A stretch of 60,938 nt of DNA, counting the filler. It is 6 parts of 6 records of this genome, joined end to end, with 100 filler letters (N's around TTAATTAATTAA, not from the genome) between each part and the next. Parts side by side here need not be neighbours in the genome. Positions count along the whole stretch, not along the records: positions 54,986 to 60,938 come from SRR22947725_3910; 5 more parts are not named here. One strand, written 5' to 3'. The translations under genes and the position numbers were made by a program. Below the pieces are notes generated by a model that saw nothing but the letters and a program-made list of their open reading frames with translations, ran no database searches and was not told the origin of the DNA. The stretch's first letter is position 1. Each line of letters starts with the position of its first letter. Positions 55,261 through 60,938 of the stretch are shown here, piece after piece.

Positions 55261-55914
55261 TTATTTTTTCTGATTTTGAACAATAAACAATTTTCTTGGA
55301 AAATTGCCTTCATTAAATCTATCTATTTTAATATTAATAAAACCAACTAATAACTCTTCAATTTTTTTTTTTGAAAAAAAATTAATTATGAATCCATCAT
55401 TTTGATAAGATTCGTCTTCGATATGTAAACCATTTTTATAATCACCATCCTCAAAATTTCTAACCGTATAAATGTTAACTCCTCCTTTTACTAAGACTCT
55501 AAGAATTTCACTATTTAAATTTTGAACCTCTAAATTTTTTAAAGACATACAATATAACATATGTGAAAATATTCCTTGAATTGAATTATTTTTAAAAGGC
55601 AATTTTTTTCTCACATCAAAAACTTTTGTAGAGACAAATTCTGAAAGATTGAGTTCTTTAACTTTTTTTTTAATACTCGTAACTGCTGTTTTGCTATAAT
55701 CTAAAGCTTCAACTTTAATATTGTTTTTAGCAAAAAAAATTGTATCTCTTCCAAGACCTGCACCTAATTCTACAATGCTAGATATATTTTTTTTTTTAAA
55801 AATCTTTAAGGCTTCTTCTGCAGCAAAGCTTGGTGCTAAGCCAAACATTTTGGGTTTATTTGCGTAATTAATTTCCCAGTACTCTTCTTGGTTGTTTAAA
55901 TTTATATTTTTCAA
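55261..55914 (-). CDS. Class I SAM-dependent methyltransferase
   Basis: Motif [16 protein letters not shown] and LPF; TTG start. Confidence 0.85.
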   Translation of the reverse strand: MKNINLNNQEEYWEINYANKPKMFGLAPSFAAEEALKIFKKKNISSIVELGAGLGRDTIFFAKNNIKVEALDYSKTAVTSIKKKVKELNLSEFVSTKVFDVRKKLPFKNNSIQGIFSHMLYCMSLKNLEVQNLNSEILRVLVKGGVNIYTVRNFEDGDYKNGLHIEDESYQNDGFIINFFSKKKIEELLVGFINIKIDRFNEGNFPRKLFIVQNQKK

Positions 55915-55987
55915 TTCAATTCCTGTTGGAAAATATAATCTTAATTTTATTGATTAACAAATAATTGTTAGATATGTTTTTATTATT

Positions 55988-56683
55988 ATGATTTTTAATC
56001 AACTATTTGATGAAAAGTCTTCAACGTACACTTACATAATTTCTTCCGGAAAAGGTAGGGAAGCCCTAATTATTGATCCTGTAATTGAACATACACAACA
56101 TTATATAAAAATTTTAAAAGATTTAGATTTAAAATTAGTCAAAGTCATTGATACACATATACATGCTGATCATATCTCAGGATTAAATGAACTTAATGAA
56201 AGGACGAACTGTGCAAGGATTATGGGTGAAGGATCCGAGTCTGAAGTGATTGATATTAAAGTTAAAGATAATGAAAAAATAAAAATAGAGTCAATTGAAC
56301 TTAAAACTATCTATACACCTGGCCACACTAAATGTTCTTATTCATATTTGATGAATGGCAAAGTGTTTACAGGTGATACTTTGCTAATTAATGGAACAGG
56401 AAGAACTGATTTTCAAGGCGGTAGTGCAAAAGAACAATATAATTCTATATTTGGAAAATTATTTAAATTACCCGAAGAAACATTGGTTTACCCTGCTCAT
56501 GATTACAATGGTAAAAAATTTTCATCAATAGGAGATGAAAAGAAAAAAAACCCAAGGTTACAAGTTAGCTCTTCCGATGAATATGAAGAGATTATGAATA
56601 ATCTTAATTTAGCTAATCCAAAAATGATGGATGTAGCTGTTCCTGCAAATAAAAAAGGGCTGACTTTAAAAGAGGTCAATTAA
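55988..56683 (+). CDS. Persulfide dioxygenase (ETHE1-like, MBL fold)
   Basis: SSTYTY, IDPV, THIHADH, TPGHT, GRTDFQ, YPAHDY and NPRL motifs. Confidence 0.9.
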   Translation: MIFNQLFDEKSSTYTYIISSGKGREALIIDPVIEHTQHYIKILKDLDLKLVKVIDTHIHADHISGLNELNERTNCARIMGEGSESEVIDIKVKDNEKIKIESIELKTIYTPGHTKCSYSYLMNGKVFTGDTLLINGTGRTDFQGGSAKEQYNSIFGKLFKLPEETLVYPAHDYNGKKFSSIGDEKKKNPRLQVSSSDEYEEIMNNLNLANPKMMDVAVPANKKGLTLKEVN

Positions 56684-56785
56684 ATTTAACTTAGGCTATT
56701 GATTTATACTGCTTAAAATACACCTTTAAAATGATTTACTTAAACTAAATACTGTAGTCTAATATTAGCAATAACAAAGGGGGCT

Positions 56786-57697
56786 TTGATGAGAAAAATA
56801 ATAGTAACACTAATTTTTTTCTTTTTTGTTTCTTCAGCGAACGCTGCAGAACCATTAGTAGAAAGTAGTTGGTTAAAAAAAAATATTAACAATTCAAACG
56901 TATTTATCCTAGACATTAGAAATAAGTTAGATGGTGGTGGATACGATGCTTTTAAGGCAGGACATATACCTGGGTCAGTTCACTCTGATTATTTAGCAGC
57001 TGGATGGAGAACAACTATAAAAGGTGTAGTTGGTCAATTTCCAGGGACAAAGACTTTGAGTAGTTTAATTGGAGGTCTTGGAATAGATAATAGTAAACAT
57101 GTTGTTATTGTTTATGGGGGCGTAAGCTCTTTAGATTTTGGAAGTGCTGCAAGAGTTTATTGGACTTTTAAAACTATAGGTCATGAAAGCGTTTCTATTT
57201 TAAATGGGGGTTTTAAAGGCTGGACTAATGGTGGAAATAAAGTAGCCACAGGTGAAAATTCTATCACTCCAGCAAGTTTTAAAACTAAATTAAATAAAAA
57301 ATACTTTGCTTCTTTCAGTGAAGTGCAAAAAGCTCAAAAAGGTAAGGGGCAACAATGTTTAATTGATGCTAGACCTGCTGCATTTTTTACTGGAGATAAA
57401 AAACACGCTAAAGCACGAATTCCTGGAAGACTTGCTAACGCTAGGAATCTTCAAGAAGGAAATTTAATTGATGATAGTTTCAAAATGAAACCAAGTTCAG
57501 CAATTAAATCACAGTTCGGAGGTCTCGATGGTGTTGAACAGTATAAAGGTTATATAAGTTACTGTAATACTGGTCATTGGGCTGCTACAGTTTGGTTTGG
57601 TTTAAGTGAGATTGCACAAATACCAAATGTAAAAATGTATGACGGTGGAATGACACATTGGACTTCTAATCCAAAAAGAAAAGTTGATTTAGGTTAA
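56786..57697 (+). CDS. Exported tandem-domain rhodanese (sulfurtransferase)
   Basis: Signal peptide ending ANA, GHIPGS, AARVYW, ILNGG, active loop CNTGHWA and YDGG motifs. Confidence 0.9.
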   Translation: MMRKIIVTLIFFFFVSSANAAEPLVESSWLKKNINNSNVFILDIRNKLDGGGYDAFKAGHIPGSVHSDYLAAGWRTTIKGVVGQFPGTKTLSSLIGGLGIDNSKHVVIVYGGVSSLDFGSAARVYWTFKTIGHESVSILNGGFKGWTNGGNKVATGENSITPASFKTKLNKKYFASFSEVQKAQKGKGQQCLIDARPAAFFTGDKKHAKARIPGRLANARNLQEGNLIDDSFKMKPSSAIKSQFGGLDGVEQYKGYISYCNTGHWAATVWFGLSEIAQIPNVKMYDGGMTHWTSNPKRKVDLG

Positions 57698-57704
57698 ATT
57701 TAAA

Positions 57705-57736
57705 AATTATGGGTAGAATTTATTCTACCCATAATT
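57705..57736 (+). terminator. Perfect 15-bp inverted repeat between the rhodanese and yeeE genes
   Basis: AATTATGGGTAGAAT-TT-ATTCTACCCATAATT followed by ACTTTT. Confidence 0.65.
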
Positions 57737-57746
57737 ACTTTTATAT

Positions 57747-58931
57747 ATGGCTGAATTAAATTTAAGAGACATACCAAGAATTGAAATAGATAAACCTGTA
57801 TTAACATACGGGATTATATTCTCAATTTTATTTTCTTATATTCTTTATACCGGTGTTGGTGACAGGCATTTATATGTTTTTCTAATTGGACTTGGACTAG
57901 GAATTTCTTTATTCCAAGCTGCATTTGGTTTCACTGGTGGATGGCGAAATTTTATTGAAAAAAGAGACAGTAAATCCCTAAGAGCACAAATTATAATGTT
58001 AGCGTTAGCTGTATTAATTTTTTCTTTTTTTATTAATTCAAAGAGTTTTTTTTATGATGGAACTATGATTGGTGCGATTGCTCCTGTTGGAGTTTCCGTT
58101 CTAGTTGGATCTTTTATTTTTGGTTTTGCAATGCAACTAGGTGGAGGTTGTGGTTCCGGAACTTTATTTACTGCAGGAAGTGGAAATATAAAAATGGTTA
58201 TAACATTAATCTTTTTTATTATTGGTTCTTTAATAGGATCTTATCATTTTGAATTTTGGACAAATTTACCATCGTTTAAACCAATATCATTACTCAATAA
58301 TTTTTCAAAAATTAATACCATTGTAATTCAATTGTCTGCATTGGGATTAATATATTATTTAATTTCAAAGATGGAGTTTAATAGAAATAATAAAATCAAC
58401 CATAATGATATCATTTCCAATCCATCACACAGTTTAATAAGAGGTCCTTGGCCGCTTTTGTGGGGATCCATTTCATTAGTTTTTTTTAGTTTTTTAATGT
58501 TGCAAGTTGCAGGACACCCTTGGTCTGTAACGTTTGCATTTGGTTTATGGGGTGCAAAGATAGCAAGTTTTTTAGGTGTAGAAGTTTCTTCTTGGACTTA
58601 TTGGCAGTTAGAATACCCAAGCACCGCTCTAGAAAATAGTGTTTTAGCAGACCCAACAACTGTATCTAACATTGGAATTATTTTAGGAGCTTTAATTGGT
58701 TCAGCTCTATCAGGCAAAATTACAAAATTTACATCGGTAAATAAAAAATTAGTCCTCGCTGCTGTAATAGGAGGTTTGTTCATGGGTTATGGAGCAAGAT
58801 TAGCTTTTGGTTGTAACATTGGAGCTCTATTTGGTGGCATTGCATCTGGAAGTTTGCATGGTTGGGTTTGGTTTTTATTTGCCTTTTTAGGTTCTATCGT
58901 TGGGGTAAAATTTAGGAGATATTTTTACTAA
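57747..58931 (+). CDS. YeeE/YedE family sulfur-compound transporter
   Basis: GGGCGSG and AFGCNIG motifs, two Sulf_transp-like halves, about 9 TM helices. Confidence 0.9.
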   Translation: MAELNLRDIPRIEIDKPVLTYGIIFSILFSYILYTGVGDRHLYVFLIGLGLGISLFQAAFGFTGGWRNFIEKRDSKSLRAQIIMLALAVLIFSFFINSKSFFYDGTMIGAIAPVGVSVLVGSFIFGFAMQLGGGCGSGTLFTAGSGNIKMVITLIFFIIGSLIGSYHFEFWTNLPSFKPISLLNNFSKINTIVIQLSALGLIYYLISKMEFNRNNKINHNDIISNPSHSLIRGPWPLLWGSISLVFFSFLMLQVAGHPWSVTFAFGLWGAKIASFLGVEVSSWTYWQLEYPSTALENSVLADPTTVSNIGIILGALIGSALSGKITKFTSVNKKLVLAAVIGGLFMGYGARLAFGCNIGALFGGIASGSLHGWVWFLFAFLGSIVGVKFRRYFY

Positions 58932-59101
58932 TGAAAAAAATTTATTTTATTGTAGTTACACTTTTTTTTGCAATACTAATTTTAGAACATGATAATATGG
59001 GAGTAGCCTATAACCCGTTATTTCACATTGAAGGTGGTGATTCTGATAATGCAATATCTATGCCGTGTGGTCTAGGTGGCAGTCATAATCACAAACATTA
59101 A
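58931..59101 (+). CDS. Unannotated 56-aa membrane-anchored/exported protein with a Cys and a His-rich tail
   Basis: MKKIYFIVVTLFFAILILEHDNMGVAYNPLFHIEGGDSDNAISMPCGLGGSHNHKH; ATG overlaps the yeeE stop (TAATG) and the ORF fills the gap exactly. Confidence 0.65.
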   Translation: MKKIYFIVVTLFFAILILEHDNMGVAYNPLFHIEGGDSDNAISMPCGLGGSHNHKH

Positions 59102-60938
59102 ATTTTAAGTCTTTTCATTTCAGGATCAAGTAATGGCTCATTTGTAACTTTGACTGGATATCTTTTACCAAAATAATCTATTTCTAATTTTGTACCTACT
59201 TTTGAATGAGACGACGGTAAATACCCATATAAAATATGTTTATCTACAAAATAACCATAATTTGTACTTGTTATGTAGCCAACTGGTTTACTGCTTTCAT
59301 CGTAAATTGGTTCTTTACCAAGTGCCATTCCTTCGCTGTCTTCCATAACCATACAGCATAATTTTTGTTTAAGAGGTTCTTGTTTTAATTTAGCTAAAGC
59401 TTCTTTGCCTATAAAATCTTGTTCCTTTTTTAATTTAACAGTAAAACCTAATCCTGCTTCATATGGATTTGAGTTGGTGTGAATGTCTGTTCCCAAAGAT
59501 CTATACCCTTTTTCAAGTCTGAGAGACTCAAAGGCTCCAGCTCCAGAACAGATCATATTAAATTCTTGAGACTTTTCTTTTATCTCATCCCAAAGTGTTA
59601 AACCATATTCAGTTGGTGTATAAATTTCCCAACCTAGTTCTCCAATATATGAAATTCTTACTGCAATGCATGGAAGATGGCTTATTGATAAATTTTTTAT
59701 TGAAAAGAAAGGAAATCCTTCATTAGAAACATCGTCATCATCACATAAACTCTCTAAAACTTTTCTTGAATTAGGTCCCCATAAACCAACACCAGCATAA
59801 GCTGAAGTCCAATCAATAATATTTACGCTACCATCTTTTGGTGCATTTTCTTTAAACCAAGATAAATCTATCATTCCATTACCTGCACCTGCCAATATCC
59901 AAAACTTATCTTCTTCTAATCTACTAACTGTTAAATCACTTTTAATTCCACCGTAGATATTTGAAATGACTGTATAAACAACTTTACCCACCTTAACGTC
60001 TATATTGTTAGTACATACCTTTTGTAATAATGCTAAAGCACCTTTACCGCTAACCTCTATTTTTACAAATCCGGTAATATCAAAAAGTGCTCCGGTTTGT
60101 CTTGTTGTCATGTGCTCTACTGCTTGAATTGGTGACCAGTATTTTGCCGACCACCCTGTTCTATTTGGAAAATTTTTTCCTTGTAGTAAATCTTTATTAG
60201 CCTCGTACCACTGTGGTCTTTCCCAGCCCATAACTTCAAAAAATTTAGCTTTCTGGTCTCCAAGTCTAAAATAAAAAGGACTTCTTCTTAAAGGTCTTGG
60301 TTGTTCTATTTGTTGAAGAGGATGAATGATGTCATAAACTTCTTTATAGTTTTGTTTTCCTCTTGCTCTTAAATATTTTCTGACATGATGATGTTTATGA
60401 AAACGGTTTATATCTCCTTCACGTACATCAAGTTCTGGTTCACCGTTTACAATCCATTCGGCCATTGCTTTACCAACACCACCAGCATGAGTAATCCAAA
60501 CTGCATTTGCCGACCATAAACCTTTTATTGAAGTTTCACCCATCAGTGGGTTTCCATCATTAGTAAATGAAAAAATTCCATTAATTTTTTTAGTGATTTT
60601 CTTTTTTGCTAATGGTGGAAATAACCAATTAGTTTCTTTATGAGCGCCTACAAAATCTTCCGGACGAAAGTCTACTAAAGAAGGCATCTCCTCAGCATCC
60701 TCTGGTTTTACTAATTCTTCTGACTCTAGGATTCTTGGTTCATGACGATAGTTTCCTATGACATAAGTGTCATTCCATTGTCTAAAGTATAAACTATAGT
60801 CTTGATGTCTTACTAACGCGTGTTTAACTAACGCTTCTTTAATATCTGCTTTAAATTCTTTTAATTCTTCAAAAGGTTCTGTCCAAACCATCTGGTGTTC
60901 ACAAGGAACTAAAGGCAAAGAAATTCCTGCAAGTCTTC
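59098..60938 (-). CDS. Dimethylglycine oxidase-like FAD oxidoreductase/GcvT fusion (5' part outside the window)
   Basis: RHQD, GIFSFT.DG, AVWITHAGG, WERPQW, RISYIGELGWE and SLRLEKG motifs; frame open to the window end. Confidence 0.9.
   Translation of the reverse strand, partial: RLAGISLPLVPCEHQMVWTEPFEELKEFKADIKEALVKHALVRHQDYSLYFRQWNDTYVIGNYRHEPRILESEELVKPEDAEEMPSLVDFRPEDFVGAHKETNWLFPPLAKKKITKKINGIFSFTNDGNPLMGETSIKGLWSANAVWITHAGGVGKAMAEWIVNGEPELDVREGDINRFHKHHHVRKYLRARGKQNYKEVYDIIHPLQQIEQPRPLRRSPFYFRLGDQKAKFFEVMGWERPQWYEANKDLLQGKNFPNRTGWSAKYWSPIQAVEHMTTRQTGALFDITGFVKIEVSGKGALALLQKVCTNNIDVKVGKVVYTVISNIYGGIKSDLTVSRLEEDKFWILAGAGNGMIDLSWFKENAPKDGSVNIIDWTSAYAGVGLWGPNSRKVLESLCDDDDVSNEGFPFFSIKNLSISHLPCIAVRISYIGELGWEIYTPTEYGLTLWDEIKEKSQEFNMICSGAGAFESLRLEKGYRSLGTDIHTNSNPYEAGLGFTVKLKKEQDFIGKEALAKLKQEPLKQKLCCMVMEDSEGMALGKEPIYDESSKPVGYITSTNYGYFVDKHILYGYLPSSHSKVGTKLEIDYFGKRYPVKVTNEPLLDPEMKRLKI

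Overview
This window is not one locus. It holds six unrelated contigs joined by five artificial 100-bp linkers (N44-TTAATTAATTAA-N44, stops in all six frames) at 15548-15647, 28234-28333, 35767-35866, 49540-49639 and 54886-54985. Taxon labels are my judgement from protein similarity and base composition, not from a search. (1) 1-15547 is a GC-rich Rhodobacteraceae-like core region: gyrA, M32 peptidase, ctaA, trmJ, thiE-like, olsAB, DUF3553, chpT, proAB, obgE, two GNATs, lysE and rpmA. It has a structured 450-bp intergenic region with a CtrA box and a candidate three-hairpin sRNA. (2) 15648-28233 is a mid-GC, probably alphaproteobacterial contig. It carries an apparently uncharacterised catabolic cluster (amidase, TAXI-TRAP transporter, BCCP, IclR, biotin carboxylase, divergent PycB/OadA-like carboxyltransferase, BKACE/DUF849, BioY), followed by att-like scars, upp and URC4. 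(3) 28334-35766 is an AT-rich gammaproteobacterial (SAR86-like) S10/spc ribosomal protein operon. (4) 35867-49539 is a Flavobacteriia envelope/glycan region with typA and kdsA. (5) 49640-54885 is an AT-rich beta/gammaproteobacterial (OM43-like) amgK-murU-pepP-ubiH-ubiI run. (6) 54986-60938 is a SAR11-like contig with cysE, a methyltransferase, a sulfur module (persulfide dioxygenase, exported rhodanese, YeeE and an unannotated 56-aa Cys/His protein) and a dimethylglycine-oxidase-like gene. No tRNA, rRNA, CRISPR array or intact mobile element was seen. The best leads are the carboxylase+BKACE cluster, the SAR11-like sulfur module with its small protein, and the sRNA candidate after gyrA.
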